Notes under the pieces: model-generated
Told to the model about the DNA's origin: nothing
What the model saw: only the letters and a program-made list of their open reading frames with translations
Database searches by the model: none
Made by a program: the position numbers and the translations under genes
Shown here: positions 1-12,473 of the stretch, in pieces
Layout of the letters: the number at the start of each line of letters is the position of its first letter
Position numbering within the stretch: position 1 is the first letter of the stretch
Assembly: GCA_050246315.1 (NCBI GenBank)
Contig: JBFWWG010000005.1
Span: forward strand, 242,359-306,358
Direction: 5' to 3'
From: Nitrospiraceae bacterium
GTDB taxonomy: Bacteria; Nitrospirota; Nitrospiria; Nitrospirales; Nitrospiraceae
DNA: 64,000 nt

Positions 1-1
1 G

Positions 2-124
2 AAGTTTGTTCCGGTCTATGTAACCGAAAATATGGTCGGACACAAACTGGGAGAGTTCTCTCCGACGCGATTTTTCAAAGGACACGGACAGGCCAAGACG
101 GAGAAGGCCGTTCCGCTAAAGTAG
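2..124 (+). CDS. rpsS: 30S ribosomal protein S19, 3' part (truncated by window start)
   Basis: Manual translation [23 protein letters not shown]...* carries the S19 signature; precedes rplV. Confidence 0.97.
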   Translation, partial: KFVPVYVTENMVGHKLGEFSPTRFFKGHGQAKTEKAVPLK

Positions 125-135
125 GGATTGTCGAG

Positions 136-489
136 ATGGCTGAAGCAAAAGCAGTGCTCCGGTACGTGCGGGTTTCACCTCGGAAGGCTAGGCCGGTCGT
201 GGATCTGATTCGCGGCCAACAAGTGCCGAAGGCGCTGGCATTATTGGGTCACACGCCGCGAGCCGCAGCCAAAGTCGTGGAAAAGCTGTTGCGCTCGGCC
301 GTGTCGAATGCCGAACAGAAGAATATCGACGATGCGGAGAACCTTTGGGTATCCCGCGCGTTTGTCAATGGGGGACCCATTCTGAAGCGATTTCGTTCAC
401 GTTCGATGGGTCGCGCGAATTCGATTCATAAGCGAACCAGCCACATTACGATTGTCGTCGGCCCCAAGGGGAAAACGGTACCGGCCTGA
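136..489 (+). CDS. rplV: 50S ribosomal protein L22
   Basis: [14 protein letters not shown] and [10 protein letters not shown] motifs; S10 operon order. Confidence 0.98.
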   Translation: MAEAKAVLRYVRVSPRKARPVVDLIRGQQVPKALALLGHTPRAAAKVVEKLLRSAVSNAEQKNIDDAENLWVSRAFVNGGPILKRFRSRSMGRANSIHKRTSHITIVVGPKGKTVPA

Positions 490-548
490 CCGGATTGCAG
501 GCGCGAGTCTTGGGCTGCGCCGCCATGCTTTAACGTAGAGAAGGGTGT

Positions 549-1235
549 ATGGGACAGAAATCTCATCCGTACGGATTGCGCCTGGGCTATAGCACCAACT
601 GGACGTCTCGCTGGTATGCCTCGAAGGAGTATGCGCGGCTGCTGCATCAGGACATCCGGATCAAGCGAATGGTCAAGGACCGGCTGTACCACGCCGGTGT
701 GGCAAGGGTCGAGATCGAACGGTCGGGAGACCAAACTCGTGTCATTATCCACACGGCTCGCCCTGGCATTATCATCGGTCGCAAGGGGGCAGAGGTCGAC
801 AAGCTCAAGGCGGCGATCGAAAAGCAATACGGCGGGCAGGTCTATATCAATGTGAAGGAGATCAAGAAGCCGGAGCTTGACGCCCAACTGGTCAGTGAAA
901 ATATCGCCACACAATTGGAAAAGCGGGTGGCGTTTCGACGGGCCATGAAGCGCAGCGTCGCTGCGGCGCTTCGCCTGGGCGCGCAAGGGATCAAGATTTC
1001 CTGTGCCGGTCGTCTGGCCGGCGCTGAAATCGCCAGGACCGAATGGTATCGAGAAGGGCGCGTGCCGTTGCATACGCTGCGAGCCGACATCGAATACGGC
1101 TTTGCCGAGGCAAAAACCACCATGGGGCAGATTGGCGTCAAGACGTGGATTTATAAGGGGGAGGTCGTTCCATCGCAGCAAGGTAAGGCTGAGCTCGGAC
1201 TGGCTCGTCCAGATGGTCGGGCGGTGACGCTGTAG
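549..1235 (+). CDS. rpsC: 30S ribosomal protein S3
   Basis: [27 protein letters not shown]. Confidence 0.98.
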   Translation: MGQKSHPYGLRLGYSTNWTSRWYASKEYARLLHQDIRIKRMVKDRLYHAGVARVEIERSGDQTRVIIHTARPGIIIGRKGAEVDKLKAAIEKQYGGQVYINVKEIKKPELDAQLVSENIATQLEKRVAFRRAMKRSVAAALRLGAQGIKISCAGRLAGAEIARTEWYREGRVPLHTLRADIEYGFAEAKTTMGQIGVKTWIYKGEVVPSQQGKAELGLARPDGRAVTL

Positions 1236-1278
1236 CACGGGGTATTGATCGTCGTGGTCGTGTGAGATCGGGGGGATC

Positions 1279-1698
<420 letters not shown>

Positions 1699-1712
1699 GG
1701 GGACGCGACGCC

Positions 1713-1916
1713 ATGGAAGCCAAGGATATACGCGGACTGACCGACGAAGAGCTGCGGGAAAAGGAAGGCCAGTTGCAGCAGGAACTGTTCAACTATCGGT
1801 TCCAGATGGCCACGGGGCGATTGGAAAATCTGATGCTGGTCCGGAAGACCAGGAGGGACTTGGCACGCGTCAAGGGTATTCGCCGTGAGGCGGCGTTAGC
1901 CAAGAAGGCGCCGTAG
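1713..1916 (+). CDS. rpmC: 50S ribosomal protein L29
   Basis: ELFNYRFQMATGRLEN; operon position. Confidence 0.95.
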   Translation: MEAKDIRGLTDEELREKEGQLQQELFNYRFQMATGRLENLMLVRKTRRDLARVKGIRREAALAKKAP

Positions 1917-1942
1917 TCGTGAATACCGAATCGAGAAGGACG

Positions 1943-2212
1943 ATGGACACAACGGAGAAGGACACATCCGGGCGGCGCGAGTGTATCGGGCACGTCATCA
2001 GCAACAAAATGATGAAGACCGTCGTGGTGGGAGTGCAGCGAACCGTCACGCACCCCAAGTATCACAAGGTTATGCGACGGGTGACTAAGCTGAAGGCCCA
2101 TGACGAACAGGGAGAATGCCAGGTCGGCGACATCGTACGATTGGTGGAAACGCGACCGATCAGCAAGCATAAACACTGGCGTGTGATCGGGGTCGTGTCC
2201 AGGCGAGGATAA
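1943..2212 (+). CDS. rpsQ: 30S ribosomal protein S17
   Basis: HPKYHKVM...AHDE...GDIVRLVETRPISK; ATG 1943 follows AGAAGGA. Confidence 0.96.
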   Translation: MDTTEKDTSGRRECIGHVISNKMMKTVVVGVQRTVTHPKYHKVMRRVTKLKAHDEQGECQVGDIVRLVETRPISKHKHWRVIGVVSRRG

Positions 2213-2254
2213 GCGAGGCGTATTGATGTCGGTGAATCGGGGATCGAGCGCGAG

Positions 2255-2623
2255 ATGATTCAGAATTATACATATATGGATGTGGCGGATAATTCCGGCG
2301 CCAGGCAGGTAATGTGTTTTCACGTCCTGGGCGGCTCCGGCCGACGATACGGATCGCTGGGGGATGTCGTTGTGGTAGCCGTCAAGGAGGCTATTCCGCA
2401 GGCCTCAGTGAAGAAGGGTGATGTTAGTCGAGCGGTCATTGTGCGGACGACCAAGGGCGTACGCCGGGAGGATGGCTCCTACATCAAATTTGATCGGAAC
2501 GCCTGTGTGCTGATCAATGCCCAGGGCGAGCCGATCGGGACGCGCATCTTCGGGCCGGTTGCTCGCGAGCTGCGCTGGAAGAAATTCATGAAGATCATTT
2601 CGTTGGCTCCGGAAGTGTTGTAA
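2255..2623 (+). CDS. rplN: 50S ribosomal protein L14
   Basis: MIQ...[19 protein letters not shown]. Confidence 0.98.
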   Translation: MIQNYTYMDVADNSGARQVMCFHVLGGSGRRYGSLGDVVVVAVKEAIPQASVKKGDVSRAVIVRTTKGVRREDGSYIKFDRNACVLINAQGEPIGTRIFGPVARELRWKKFMKIISLAPEVL

Positions 2624-2646
2624 TGCTCGGGAGAGGACGGCTCGGG

Positions 2647-2976
2647 ATGCAGGCGTTGAAGAAATCTCGGATCAGAAAAGGGGATACCGTCGTGGTGGTC
2701 TCCGGTCGTGAACGGGGCAAGAGCGGCAAGGTTCTCTCGGTTCACCCGGGAACGGCCAAGGTCTTGGTGGAGAAGCTCAACATGATTAAGCGGCACACGA
2801 AGCCGAACCCGAAGGTGCGCCAGGGCGGGATTGTCGAACGTGAAGCGCCGCTGCCGATTTCGAACGTCATGTTGCTCTGTCCGGTGACGCAGAAGCCGAC
2901 GCGCGTGGGTCTTAAGGTCATGGATGACGGCCGACGCGTGCGGGTGAGCAAGCAATCTAAGCAGGCGATTGAATAG
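2647..2976 (+). CDS. rplX: 50S ribosomal protein L24
   Basis: [20 protein letters not shown] motif; start may be 2623. Confidence 0.96.
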   Translation: MQALKKSRIRKGDTVVVVSGRERGKSGKVLSVHPGTAKVLVEKLNMIKRHTKPNPKVRQGGIVEREAPLPISNVMLLCPVTQKPTRVGLKVMDDGRRVRVSKQSKQAIE

Positions 2977-2978
2977 CC

Positions 2979-3662
2979 ATGAACCCGAAAGATACTCAAA
3001 AAGGCAAGTCGACAAAGCCCGCGGGGGGAAAACCGGTGGCTGGGAAGCCGTCGGCTGGTCGTAAGAAGGAGCCGGCTATAGCGCCGGCAGAGACCGAATC
3101 CACCCCGGATAGCCAAGCCGCGCGATCGCGAGTGGTGGAGCGTTACAAGGAACAGGTCGTGCCGGCACTGATCAAGGAGTTCAGCTATACGAATCCCATG
3201 CAGGTGCCCCGCCTGAGTCGGATTGTCCTCAATGTCGGAATGGGGGAGGCGATCCAGAACGTCAAGCTGCTGGAGAGCGCCGCCACCGAGTTGGGAATCA
3301 TCACCGGACAGCGGCCAGTGATCACTCGGGCCAAGAAGGCCATCGCCGGATTCAAGCTTAGACAGGGCATGCCGATCGGCGTCAAGGTCACGCTGCGCGC
3401 CAAGCGCATGTACGAATTCTTCGACCGCTTGGTCAGCGTCGCCCTTCCACGTATTCGTGATTTTCGCGGAGTGTCGACCAAGGCCTTCGACGGTCGTGGA
3501 AATTATACGCTTGGGTTGAAGGAGCAATTGATATTCCCCGAGATCCAATATGACTCGGTGGCTTCAATCCACGGTATGGATATCACGTTCGTGACGACGG
3601 CCAAGACCAACGACGAAGGGAAGGCCTTGCTCAGGCAGATGGGAATCCCGTTCCGTACGTAG
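2979..3662 (+). CDS. rplE: 50S ribosomal protein L5 with Lys/Pro/Ala-rich N-terminal extension
   Basis: [19 protein letters not shown]. Confidence 0.97.
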   Translation: MNPKDTQKGKSTKPAGGKPVAGKPSAGRKKEPAIAPAETESTPDSQAARSRVVERYKEQVVPALIKEFSYTNPMQVPRLSRIVLNVGMGEAIQNVKLLESAATELGIITGQRPVITRAKKAIAGFKLRQGMPIGVKVTLRAKRMYEFFDRLVSVALPRIRDFRGVSTKAFDGRGNYTLGLKEQLIFPEIQYDSVASIHGMDITFVTTAKTNDEGKALLRQMGIPFRT

Positions 3663-3731
3663 GGAGCGGGTGCGGGTGGAATCATGGGGGCGAGGGACGA
3701 TAGTCGCTCCCGGTGAACGGAGGACAAGGGC

Positions 3732-3917
3732 GTGGCGAGACTAGCGCTGAAATTGAAGGCGGCGAGAGACCCCAAGTTCAAGGTGCGGTCGTATCACCGC
3801 TGTCCCCTCTGCGGCCGAGTGCGGGGCTATTTGAATCGGTTTGAAATGTGCCGCATTTGCTTCCGATTTCTGAGTCTGAGGGGAGAGGTCCCCGGCGTCC
3901 GAAAGTCAAGTTGGTGA
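3732..3917 (+). CDS. rpsN: 30S ribosomal protein S14, short zinc-binding type
   Basis: 61 aa; CPLCGR...CRICFR; ends KSSW. Confidence 0.96.
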   Translation: MARLALKLKAARDPKFKVRSYHRCPLCGRVRGYLNRFEMCRICFRFLSLRGEVPGVRKSSW

Positions 3918-3960
3918 GCGGGGGATCGCGAACCACATTCATGCGAGGTGAGAGCTTCTG

Positions 3961-4356
3961 ATGGTCACAGACCCAATTGCAGATCTATTGAATCGAATAC
4001 GAAACGCGGCTCAGCGGGGTCATGATGCAGTGGTGATTCCTGCTTCGAGGATGAAGGGCGAGATTTTGCGAATCCTCAAAGAAGAGGGATTCATCGGTCC
4101 GTTTGAAAAATCCGAAGCGGGCGGACATCCGGCCTTCAAGATCGAGTTGCGCTATGTCGAGCAGGGTCGACCCGTCATCGCGGGCACCACGCGCATCAGC
4201 CGGCCGGGCCGAAGGGTGTACGTTGGCAAACTGGAGGTTCCCAGGACCCGCGGAGGTTTGGGTGTGACCATTCTGTCGACATCCAAAGGGGTCATGACGG
4301 AGCGAGAGTGTCGTCGTGCGGGGCTGGGTGGAGAGGTACTCTGCTCGGTGTGGTAG
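3961..4356 (+). CDS. rpsH: 30S ribosomal protein S8
   Basis: DPIADLLNRIRNA, ISRPGRRVY, STSKGVMT. Confidence 0.98.
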   Translation: MVTDPIADLLNRIRNAAQRGHDAVVIPASRMKGEILRILKEEGFIGPFEKSEAGGHPAFKIELRYVEQGRPVIAGTTRISRPGRRVYVGKLEVPRTRGGLGVTILSTSKGVMTERECRRAGLGGEVLCSVW

Positions 4357-4401
4357 TGAGTCAGCGTGTCGCACCAGGTCGTGGAGTAGAAAGAGATCCT
4401 T

Positions 4402-4938
4402 ATGTCACGAATCGGGAAAAAGATTCTACAGATTCCAACCGGCGTTGATGTGAAGGTTGCCGGCAACGCGGTCACCGTAAAGGGGCCGTTGGGACAATTG
4501 ACCTGGCCGCTTGCCCAGGGTCTCTCTGTGGCTGTACAGGACAACAAGCTCAACGTGAGTCGGCAGAGCGACGAACGAAATATTCGAGCGATGCACGGGC
4601 TGACCAGGGCGGAGTTGGGCAATATGGTGACCGGGGTGACCAAAGGATATGAGAAAACCCTGGAGATCAACGGCGTGGGGTACAAAGCTCAGTTGCAAGG
4701 CAAGACGATGAGCTTCAACGTGGGATATATCAATCCGGTTGAATTTCCGCTTCCGACGGGGATCGACGCGAAAATCGATAAGCAGACGGTGATCACCCTT
4801 CGTGGAATCGACAAGCGGCTGGTCGGGCAGGTGGCGGCGAAATTGCGCGCGATCAAGCCGCCAGACGTGTATAAGCAGAAGGGAATTAAATACGCTGGTG
4901 AAGCGCTTCGCAAGAAGGAAGGCAAGACCGGAAAGTAG
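4402..4938 (+). CDS. rplF: 50S ribosomal protein L6
   Basis: [18 protein letters not shown]. Confidence 0.98.
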   Translation: MSRIGKKILQIPTGVDVKVAGNAVTVKGPLGQLTWPLAQGLSVAVQDNKLNVSRQSDERNIRAMHGLTRAELGNMVTGVTKGYEKTLEINGVGYKAQLQGKTMSFNVGYINPVEFPLPTGIDAKIDKQTVITLRGIDKRLVGQVAAKLRAIKPPDVYKQKGIKYAGEALRKKEGKTGK

Positions 4939-4949
4939 GAGAGCGTCCC

Positions 4950-5315
4950 ATGTTCAGCGCAAAGAAGACCGAGACTCTTGAGCGCCGTCGTCAGCGCATT
5001 CGCAAGCGGATCTTTGGGACGGAGGCAAGGCCTCGGCTCAGTGTGTATCGAAGCCGAAGCCATATCTACGCTCAGATCATCAATGATATGACGGGGCGAA
5101 CGCTGGTGTCAGCCTCAACGGTGGACGCGACATTGAAACAATCACTTAAGTCCACGGGGACCATCGAGGCAGCAAGGGCGGTCGGGCTCTTGCTGGCAGA
5201 ACGGGCGAAGGCCGCTCAACTCGGAATGGTGGTATTTGACCGCGGCGGACGACCGTACCATGGACGCATCAAGGCACTGGCCGATGCATCTCGCGAGGGT
5301 GGGCTCCAATTTTAG
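4950..5315 (+). CDS. rplR: 50S ribosomal protein L18
   Basis: [27 protein letters not shown]. Confidence 0.98.
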   Translation: MFSAKKTETLERRRQRIRKRIFGTEARPRLSVYRSRSHIYAQIINDMTGRTLVSASTVDATLKQSLKSTGTIEAARAVGLLLAERAKAAQLGMVVFDRGGRPYHGRIKALADASREGGLQF

Positions 5316-5401
5316 GGGTTCAAAGTCCGTGACGACGGACCATCATGAAAACCGGCCAGACCACCGACTCTCTGACTGCGTACTGAGAAGGGGAATCACA
5401 C

Positions 5402-5914
5402 TTGGCACGAATTAATGCCGACGAATTGAGCCTGAAGGATAAGGTCATTTTTATCAACCGTGTCGCTAAGGTCGTCAAAGGCGGGAAGCGCTTCAACTTT
5501 TGTGCGCTTGTGGCGGTTGGTGATGGGCAGGGATGGGTGGGAATTGGCAAGGGAAAGGCTGCAGAGGTGCCGGCAGCCATTTCCAAGGCCGTTGAGCAGG
5601 CCAAGAAGCACCTCGTACGAATTCCCGTTTTGAAAGACACGATTCCGCATGAAGTGGAAGGACGATTCGGCGCGGAACATATTATCTTCAAGCCGGCCGC
5701 CCCCGGGACCGGCATCATCGCGGGCGGCGCCGTGCGTATCATCGTCGAGCTCGCCGGTGTGCGTAATATCATCGCCAAGACATTGGGAAGAGGCAATCCC
5801 TTTAATGCGGTTCGGGCGGCGCTAAATGGACTGACGCAGTTGCGCAATCCAGACGAAGTGTTCCGAATTCGCCGCGGTCAGACAGAAGCCCACGCGGCCG
5901 TGACCGTTGGCTGA
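5402..5914 (+). CDS. rpsE: 30S ribosomal protein S5
   Basis: INRVAKVVKGGKRF, GTGIIAGGAVR; TTG start. Confidence 0.98.
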   Translation: MARINADELSLKDKVIFINRVAKVVKGGKRFNFCALVAVGDGQGWVGIGKGKAAEVPAAISKAVEQAKKHLVRIPVLKDTIPHEVEGRFGAEHIIFKPAAPGTGIIAGGAVRIIVELAGVRNIIAKTLGRGNPFNAVRAALNGLTQLRNPDEVFRIRRGQTEAHAAVTVG

Positions 5915-5928
5915 GACGAGGTGAGAAC

Positions 5929-6135
5929 GTGGCAGAACCGAAGAGTTCGGCGCAGAAACAGAAATTGGTCATCACGCTGAAGCGAAGCATGATCGGTACG
6001 CCTCTGCGTCATCGCCTGGTTCTGCGCGGGTTGCGCTTACGGCGGCCGAATCAGTCGGTGACACTTCCGGACACGGCGCAGGTGAGAGGTATGATCCAGA
6101 AGGTCAATTACCTTCTTGAGGTGACGCATCAATGA
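5929..6135 (+). CDS. rpmD: 50S ribosomal protein L30
   Basis: ITLKRSMIG...VRGMIQKV; between rpsE and rplO. Confidence 0.94.
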   Translation: MAEPKSSAQKQKLVITLKRSMIGTPLRHRLVLRGLRLRRPNQSVTLPDTAQVRGMIQKVNYLLEVTHQ

Positions 6136-6581
6136 AGCTTTTTGAACTAGCTCCGGCAGCAGGAGCGACCAAACGACGGAAGCGTATTGGACGAGGGCCG
6201 GGCTCAGGTCATGGGAAGACCTCCACGAAAGGACATAAGGGCTTGCTCGCCCGTTCGGGAGGAGGGAAGCAACCGGGATTCGAAGGCGGGCAAATGCCGC
6301 TCATTCGCCGGGTGCCGAAGTTCGGATTCCGGAATCCCACGCGCATCGAGTACGCGGTGGTGAATTTGGATGTCTTATCTCGGCTGTCGGCTGGGGATCC
6401 AGTCACGCCGCAGATGTTGGTTGAGGTTGGGCTGGTCAAACAGAAGACCTGGCCGATCAAGATCTTGGGTAACGGTGAACTCACTCGGCCTCTTGTGATT
6501 CAGGCGCACAAGTTCAGCAAGTCCGCCGAAGCAAAGATCCAGGCGGCTGGTGGGAGGGCTGAGGTCATCCGAGGTGTTTGA
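6132..6581 (+). CDS. rplO: 50S ribosomal protein L15
   Basis: [22 protein letters not shown]. Confidence 0.98.
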   Translation: MKLFELAPAAGATKRRKRIGRGPGSGHGKTSTKGHKGLLARSGGGKQPGFEGGQMPLIRRVPKFGFRNPTRIEYAVVNLDVLSRLSAGDPVTPQMLVEVGLVKQKTWPIKILGNGELTRPLVIQAHKFSKSAEAKIQAAGGRAEVIRGV

Positions 6582-7887
6582 GCGACTTCTCACAAGCTTC
6601 CACAACATTCTCAAGATTCCCGAGCTACGGACGCGTATCCTGTTTACGCTGGGGATGCTCGTCGTCTATCGCATCGGGGCCCATATCCCGACGCCGGGGA
6701 TCAACAATGACGAACTCGCCAAGTTCCTGATTGAGAAGGGAGGCTCACTACTCGGATTTCTCGATATCTTTTCCGGGGGCGCCCTCTCGAGGCTGACGAT
6801 CTTTGCGCTGGGGATCATGCCCTACATCAGCGCATCGATCATACTACAGTTGCTGACGGTGGTGATTCCCCATCTGGCAAAATTGGCGAAAGAAGGAGAG
6901 CGAGGGCGGAAGAAAATCATCCAATACACGCGGTTCGGCACAATCGGCATTGCTCTGATCCAGGGGTTCGGCATCGCCATCGGGTTGGAGGGCATGAACC
7001 AGGGTGCTTTCGTGCTCAATCCCGGGTGGAGCTTTCGGTTGATGACGGTGATTACGCTCACTGCCGGCACAGGCTTTCTGATGTGGCTGGGTGAACAGAT
7101 TACCGAGCGAGGCATTGGGAACGGGATCTCCCTAATCATTTTCGCGGGGATTGTGGCGCGTCTCCCGAGCGCTGTGGCCCAGACATACGACTTGTATCAG
7201 GTCGGCCAGTTGAACTTCTTCGTCCTGCTATTGCTCGGCCTGATCATGTTGGCCGTCGTCGGTGCGATTGTGTTCTTGGAAAGCGGGCGACGGAAAATCC
7301 CCGTGCAATACGCCAAAAGGGTGGTCGGCCGTCGGGTGTATGGCGGGCAGAGCACACATATTCCGTTGAAGATCAATACGGCAGGAGTGATTCCGCCGAT
7401 TTTTGCGTCCTCCTTGATTGCGTTTCCAGCGACTATTGCCGGATTCATTCAGGTGCCGTGGGTGCAATCGATTGGGGGGCAATTGGCTCCCGGGTCCGTG
7501 CTGTACACGCTGCTCTATGTGGGGTTGATCGTGTTCTTCTGTTTCTTTTATACGGCGGTGGTGCTCAACCCCGTCGATATGGCGGACAACATGAAGAAGT
7601 ATGGCGGGTTTATCCCCGGCATTCGGCCCGGGCAGAACACTTCGGACTTCATTTACAAGGTATTGACACGGATCACGTTCGCGGGCGCCATTTATCTGGC
7701 GGTGGTGTGCGTGATCCCCGAGATCCTGATTTACCGGTTGAACGTACCGTTTTATTTCGGTGGCACGTCGTTGCTGATTGTCATTGGTGTCGGCCTGGAT
7801 ACCGCTCAGCAAATCGAGTCGCACATGCTCATGAGAAATTATGAAGGGTTTCTCGGCGGTCATAAACCGTTGCCGGGACGGCGATAG
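6574..7887 (+). CDS. secY: Preprotein translocase subunit SecY
   Basis: [37 protein letters not shown] 6574 overlaps the rplO stop. Confidence 0.98.
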   Translation: MFERLLTSFHNILKIPELRTRILFTLGMLVVYRIGAHIPTPGINNDELAKFLIEKGGSLLGFLDIFSGGALSRLTIFALGIMPYISASIILQLLTVVIPHLAKLAKEGERGRKKIIQYTRFGTIGIALIQGFGIAIGLEGMNQGAFVLNPGWSFRLMTVITLTAGTGFLMWLGEQITERGIGNGISLIIFAGIVARLPSAVAQTYDLYQVGQLNFFVLLLLGLIMLAVVGAIVFLESGRRKIPVQYAKRVVGRRVYGGQSTHIPLKINTAGVIPPIFASSLIAFPATIAGFIQVPWVQSIGGQLAPGSVLYTLLYVGLIVFFCFFYTAVVLNPVDMADNMKKYGGFIPGIRPGQNTSDFIYKVLTRITFAGAIYLAVVCVIPEILIYRLNVPFYFGGTSLLIVIGVGLDTAQQIESHMLMRNYEGFLGGHKPLPGRR

Positions 7888-7919
7888 ACGGATCGGTAGG
7901 GACGGACGGACACGAAATC

Positions 7920-8576
7920 ATGCGAGTCGTCTTCTTGGGTGCGCCGGGGGTCGGGAAGGGAACGCAGGCCGATCGGATCGCGGCGCAATCCAATCAACCA
8001 AAGATTTCAACCGGGGATCTCCTGCGCGAGGCAGTGAAGAAGCAGACGGCGCTGGGAGTTCAAGCCAAGTCGTACATGGATCGGGGTGCCCTGGTTCCCG
8101 ATGACGTGGTCATCGGCATGGTGCGGGAGAAGCTCGGCGAGCCGGTCTGCGCGAGTGGCTTCATTTTGGACGGCTTCCCGCGCACGGTGGCTCAAGGAGA
8201 AGCGTTACACCGGTTGCTGGAGGACAAGGGGATGGCGCTCGATCGGGTGGTAAACTTCTCCGTCCCGGTTGGCGAGATCGTCAAGCGGTTGAGTGGGCGC
8301 CGCAGTTGCGGCAAGTGTCAAGCGGTGTACCACGTGGATTTTTCACCGCCTCGGGTCGCGGAGATCTGTGATCGTTGCGGGGCCGCCCTGATCCAGCGTA
8401 ATGATGACAAGCCGGAAACCGTCGATGCGCGACTGCGTGTGTATGAGGAGCAGACGGCGCCATTGATTCAGTATTATCAGGGGAAGCATCTTCTGGCGGG
8501 TCTTGATGGTTCCGGTTCCGTCGAGGTTGTGAGTGAGCGCCTCCAGCGCGTGCTGGGTCCGCTGATGCATACATGA
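7920..8576 (+). CDS. adk: Adenylate kinase with Cys4 LID
   Basis: GAPGVGKGTQ, LDGFPRT, CGKC...CDRC. Confidence 0.98.
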   Translation: MRVVFLGAPGVGKGTQADRIAAQSNQPKISTGDLLREAVKKQTALGVQAKSYMDRGALVPDDVVIGMVREKLGEPVCASGFILDGFPRTVAQGEALHRLLEDKGMALDRVVNFSVPVGEIVKRLSGRRSCGKCQAVYHVDFSPPRVAEICDRCGAALIQRNDDKPETVDARLRVYEEQTAPLIQYYQGKHLLAGLDGSGSVEVVSERLQRVLGPLMHT

Positions 8577-9349
8577 TCATCTTAAAGACCGCCGGTGAAA
8601 TCGAAACCATGGCAGAGGCATCTCGGGTGGTGGCTGAAACGCTTGAGGTGCTCAAACAAGAGGTCAGGCCGGGTATCACCACCGAGCATCTTGATCGGAT
8701 CGCCGAAGAGAATATCCGGGTGAGGGGGGCGCGCCCTGCGTTCAAGGGATATCGCAACTATCCAAGGACGCTGTGCGCGTCCGTGAATCATGAGGTGGTA
8801 CACGGGATTCCGTCGAAGCGGATGCTCAAGGATGGGGACATCATCGGGTTGGATCTTGGCGCGATCGTGGAGGGATTTTACGGCGATTCGGCGGTGACGG
8901 TCGCAGTGGGAGTCGTCGATCCGGCCGTCGAACGGCTGATCCGCGTGACCGAGGCGGCGCTGTACGCCGGGATCGAGCATGCACTGGTTGGCAACCGCTT
9001 GTCGGATATTTCCCACGCCGTGCAAGCTTGTGTCGAGTCTGCGGGATATTCCGTCGTGACGGATTTCGTGGGACACGGGATTGGTCGGCAATTACATGAG
9101 GAGCCGCAGGTGCCGAACTACGGACAGCCTGGGCAAGGTCTCCGATTGAAATGGGGCATGGTGCTGGCAATCGAGCCGATGGTTAATGCGGGCGGCAGCG
9201 CGGTGCGGGTACTGGACGATCAATGGACCGCCGTCACGGTGGATGGAAGCCTGTCTGCTCACTTCGAGCACACCATTGCCATTCAGCCGAGCGGTCCAGC
9301 CCGCGTGCTTTCACAGGTGTCAGGAGATCGGGTGCACAGCAAGGCCTGA
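8573..9349 (+). CDS. map: Methionine aminopeptidase type I
   Basis: [28 protein letters not shown]. Confidence 0.98.
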   Translation: MIILKTAGEIETMAEASRVVAETLEVLKQEVRPGITTEHLDRIAEENIRVRGARPAFKGYRNYPRTLCASVNHEVVHGIPSKRMLKDGDIIGLDLGAIVEGFYGDSAVTVAVGVVDPAVERLIRVTEAALYAGIEHALVGNRLSDISHAVQACVESAGYSVVTDFVGHGIGRQLHEEPQVPNYGQPGQGLRLKWGMVLAIEPMVNAGGSAVRVLDDQWTAVTVDGSLSAHFEHTIAIQPSGPARVLSQVSGDRVHSKA

Positions 9350-9365
9350 AGGAGGCATCACGAGC

Positions 9366-9584
9366 GTGTCCAAAGAAGATGTCATCGAGGTGCAGGGCAC
9401 GGTCTCCGAGACCCTTCCGAATGCGATGTTCCGTGTGGAGCTGGAGAACGGACACAAGATTTTGGCTCATATTTCAGGAAAGATGCGGATGCACTTCATC
9501 CGGATTCTACCGGGAGACAAGGTCACCGTGCAGCTCTCGCCGTACGACCTGACGCGCGGACGAATTACGTATCGCTTCAAATGA
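9366..9584 (+). CDS. infA: Translation initiation factor IF-1
   Basis: GTG start after [15 protein letters not shown]...[13 protein letters not shown]. Confidence 0.98.
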   Translation: MSKEDVIEVQGTVSETLPNAMFRVELENGHKILAHISGKMRMHFIRILPGDKVTVQLSPYDLTRGRITYRFK

Positions 9585-9637
9585 CGAGAATCGAGCCGGT
9601 GTCAAGAAGCCAGGCTGGATCAGGAAAGTAGGGTGGT

Positions 9638-9751
9638 ATGAAGGTGAAGTCGTCGGTGAAACCCATCTGTTCCAAGTGTAAAGTCGTGCGTCGGCGCGGG
9701 GTGGTACGTGTCCTGTGTGAGAATCCCCGGCACAAACAACGGCAAGGTTAA
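9638..9751 (+). CDS. rpmJ: 50S ribosomal protein L36 (absent from the ORF track)
   Basis: Manual translation [37 protein letters not shown]. Confidence 0.97.
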   Translation: MKVKSSVKPICSKCKVVRRRGVVRVLCENPRHKQRQG

Positions 9752-9757
9752 CATGAA

Positions 9758-9831
9758 GTGCTGAGCGATGAGTGCTGAGTTCTGGTAGAGCCAAGCCGGC
9801 GACACAGAACACCCTCTCAACACTCAGCCCT
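9758..9831. repeat. Heptamer tandem repeats (GTGCTGA-like) with an inverted arm (CTCARCA-like)
   Basis: gtgctga-gcgatga-gtgctga-gttctgg ... ctcaaca-ctcagcc between rpmJ and rpsM; same unit as 59475-59565. Confidence 0.55.
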
Positions 9832-9840
9832 GGAGGAAGT

Positions 9841-10230
9841 ATGGCTCGAATCGCTGGAGTGGATCTACCGCGCGAAAAGCGCACGGATGTCGGGTTGACC
9901 TATATTTACGGAATCGGCCGCGCGGCCTCCCGGGCGATACTCGCCAAGGCGGGCGTCGACGGGACCATTCGAGTCAAGGATCTCACGGAAGACAAGATTA
10001 TCAAGTTACGCGAGGTTATTGAGCGCGAGCAGAAGGTCGAGGGCGATCTCCGCAAGGAGGTTGCGATGAATATCAAGCGGTTGGTCGATACCGGAACCTA
10101 TCGAGGCCTGCGTCATCGGAAGGGGTTGCCGGTTCGCGGCCAACGGACCAAGACCAATGCAAGAACCCGTAAGGGGCGGCGCTCGTCCGCAGGCAGTAAA
10201 CCCAAAAAGCTGACTCCTGCCGGTGCGTAG
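9841..10230 (+). CDS. rpsM: 30S ribosomal protein S13
   Basis: [28 protein letters not shown]. Confidence 0.98.
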   Translation: MARIAGVDLPREKRTDVGLTYIYGIGRAASRAILAKAGVDGTIRVKDLTEDKIIKLREVIEREQKVEGDLRKEVAMNIKRLVDTGTYRGLRHRKGLPVRGQRTKTNARTRKGRRSSAGSKPKKLTPAGA

Positions 10231-10263
10231 CCGGGCGGCGTGAGCGATGACAAGGATTGATCA

Positions 10264-10647
10264 ATGAGCGTCAAGAAGGGCAAAAAGAAAGAGCGCAAGG
10301 TCGTACAGAGCGGCGTGGCGCATATTCAAGCTTCCTTCAATAACACCATCGTGACCATAACCGACATGACGGGCAACACGGTCGTGTGGTCCAGCGCCGG
10401 GAATCAAGGGTTCAAGGGGTCGCGGAAGAGCACCCCGTTCGCCGCGCAGCGAGCCGGCGAGGCGGCAGCCCGGAAGGCGATGGAAAACGGCATGCGTCAG
10501 GTGGATGTCTATGTGAACGGACCAGGAGCCGGACGTGAGTCGGCTATCCGAGCGCTTCAGGGTGCCGGCATGCGGATTAACCTGATTCGGGATGTGACGC
10601 CAATCCCTCACAATGGGTGCCGGCCGCCGAAGCGCAGACGCGTGTAA
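10264..10647 (+). CDS. rpsK: 30S ribosomal protein S11
   Basis: [28 protein letters not shown]. Confidence 0.98.
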   Translation: MSVKKGKKKERKVVQSGVAHIQASFNNTIVTITDMTGNTVVWSSAGNQGFKGSRKSTPFAAQRAGEAAARKAMENGMRQVDVYVNGPGAGRESAIRALQGAGMRINLIRDVTPIPHNGCRPPKRRRV

Positions 10648-10726
10648 CCGGCGAAGAGCCGGAGGCCCCGGACGGAGAGAAGTCCACTGCGGATGAGTGT
10701 TCATTCTCAAGCAACGAGGTGATGTC

Positions 10727-11353
10727 GTGGCAAGGTATCGAGGTCCTGTCTGCCGATTGTGTCGTCGAGAGGGAGAAAAGCTATTTCTGAAGGGCTCTCG
10801 GTGCATGACCGAGAAGTGCGCCATCGAGCGACGGAGCTATCCGCCAGGGCAGCATGGACAAGGACGACAGCGAACGACGGACTATAGCACTCAGCTTCGA
10901 GAGAAACAAAAGCTGCGGCGCATTTACGGTCTTCAGGAGCGGCAATTCCGAGGGGTCTTCCAACGTGCCGAACGGCGGACCGGCGTCACCGGCGAAATCC
11001 TGCTGGCGTTGCTCGAAAGCCGGCTCGACAACGTCGTGTATCGCCTCGGGTTCGCTGTTTCGCGCAAACAAGCCCGCCAGTTGGTCGGTCATGGCCATGT
11101 GTCGGTGAACGGCCGCAAGGTGGACATCCCCTCACAGGTCTTGAAGACGGGGGACGTGGTGGAGGTTCGTCCAGGCAGCCGGGAAATCACCACCGTGCTA
11201 TCCGCCATGGACGCGGTCGATTCGCGCGGCGTGCCGGCCTGGTTGGAGTTGGAGCGGGCGGCCTTTCGCGGCACGGTCAAAGCGACGCCCACGAAACAAG
11301 ATGCCGCCGTCCCGGTAAATGAACAACTCGTGGTCGAATTGTATTCGCGATAA
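10727..11353 (+). CDS. rpsD: 30S ribosomal protein S4 (Cys-containing type)
   Basis: [31 protein letters not shown] start. Confidence 0.98.
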   Translation: MARYRGPVCRLCRREGEKLFLKGSRCMTEKCAIERRSYPPGQHGQGRQRTTDYSTQLREKQKLRRIYGLQERQFRGVFQRAERRTGVTGEILLALLESRLDNVVYRLGFAVSRKQARQLVGHGHVSVNGRKVDIPSQVLKTGDVVEVRPGSREITTVLSAMDAVDSRGVPAWLELERAAFRGTVKATPTKQDAAVPVNEQLVVELYSR

Positions 11354-11435
11354 CATCGCGGGCTCGGAATTCCGCGGCCTTCCGCACCTGATGCGAAAAG
11401 GCGGCGTCTAACATTGGTGAGATGAAGGGGGACCC

Positions 11436-12455
11436 ATGATCAAGCTCATGAAGGACTTTCAGATCCCGTTGCGGGTCGAAGTCGATAAAGACACGCTCTC
11501 CCCGGTCTATGGGAAGTTTATGGCGGAGGCGTTTGAGCGAGGTTTTGGTACCACCGTGGGCAATGCCTTGCGGCGCGTGCTGTTGTCGTCATTGACCGGC
11601 GCGGCGGTGACAAGTGTCCGCATCGAGAGCGTGTTGCATGAGTTCTCCACGATTCCTGGGGTGACCGAGGATGTGACGACGATCCTCCTTAACATCAAGA
11701 GCCTGCGTCTTGCCCTTCAGGGGGAAAAGCCGAAGACGATCCGTCTCCGTAAGAAGGGACCAGGGGAAGCCAAGGGGGTCGACATCGTTCATGATGGGGA
11801 CTTGACCGTCCTCACCCCGGAGCTGCACATCGCCACGTTGGACAAGGATGCTACGATTGACATCGAAATGGTCGTGAAGCACGGACGCGGCTATGTTCCG
11901 GCCGAGCGCAATAAGGAAGAAGGGTTGCCGATCGGGGTGATTGCGGTCGATTCGATATTTTCACCGGTCAAGCGTGTCAATTTCCAGGTCGAAAATGCAC
12001 GCGTCGGACGGATGACCGACTACGATAAGCTCACCCTTGAAATTTGGACCGACGGCACCATTTCCCCGCGAGACGCGCTGTCGACGGCCGCGGCGATCCT
12101 GCGCGACCATTTGGACATCTTCGTGAGCCCGGAGGATCGGCTGGAGGCGAAGCCGGAGGCGGGCGCCGAGGAACAGCTTCAGGCCGTGAACCGCAATCTG
12201 TACCGCAATGTTAGCGAGCTCGAACTCTCCGTCCGTGCAGCGAATTGTTTGAAGAATGCCAATATCAAGACTATCGCTGATTTGGTGCAGAAGACCGAAT
12301 TGGAGATGCTGAAGACGAAGAATTTTGGAAAGAAATCCTTGAACGAGATCAAGGAGATCTTGACGGAGATGGGGCTGGGCCTCGGGATGAAGCTCGAGTC
12401 GACGGCGATGTCAGGCACGAGCGATCCCAACAGCAAAACGGACGTCTCCACATAG
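11436..12455 (+). CDS. rpoA: RNA polymerase alpha subunit
   Basis: [30 protein letters not shown]. Confidence 0.98.
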   Translation: MIKLMKDFQIPLRVEVDKDTLSPVYGKFMAEAFERGFGTTVGNALRRVLLSSLTGAAVTSVRIESVLHEFSTIPGVTEDVTTILLNIKSLRLALQGEKPKTIRLRKKGPGEAKGVDIVHDGDLTVLTPELHIATLDKDATIDIEMVVKHGRGYVPAERNKEEGLPIGVIAVDSIFSPVKRVNFQVENARVGRMTDYDKLTLEIWTDGTISPRDALSTAAAILRDHLDIFVSPEDRLEAKPEAGAEEQLQAVNRNLYRNVSELELSVRAANCLKNANIKTIADLVQKTELEMLKTKNFGKKSLNEIKEILTEMGLGLGMKLESTAMSGTSDPNSKTDVST

Positions 12456-12473
12456 GAGAAAAGGAAGGCTACT

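Noticed and set aside
426..1238. Long antisense or alternate-frame ORFs across the window (also 32155-33558, 42357-43673, 52069-53373, 53602-54954, 54973-56370, 56079-57332)
   Set aside because: They shadow well-identified genes in GC-rich DNA and show no recognisable motifs.
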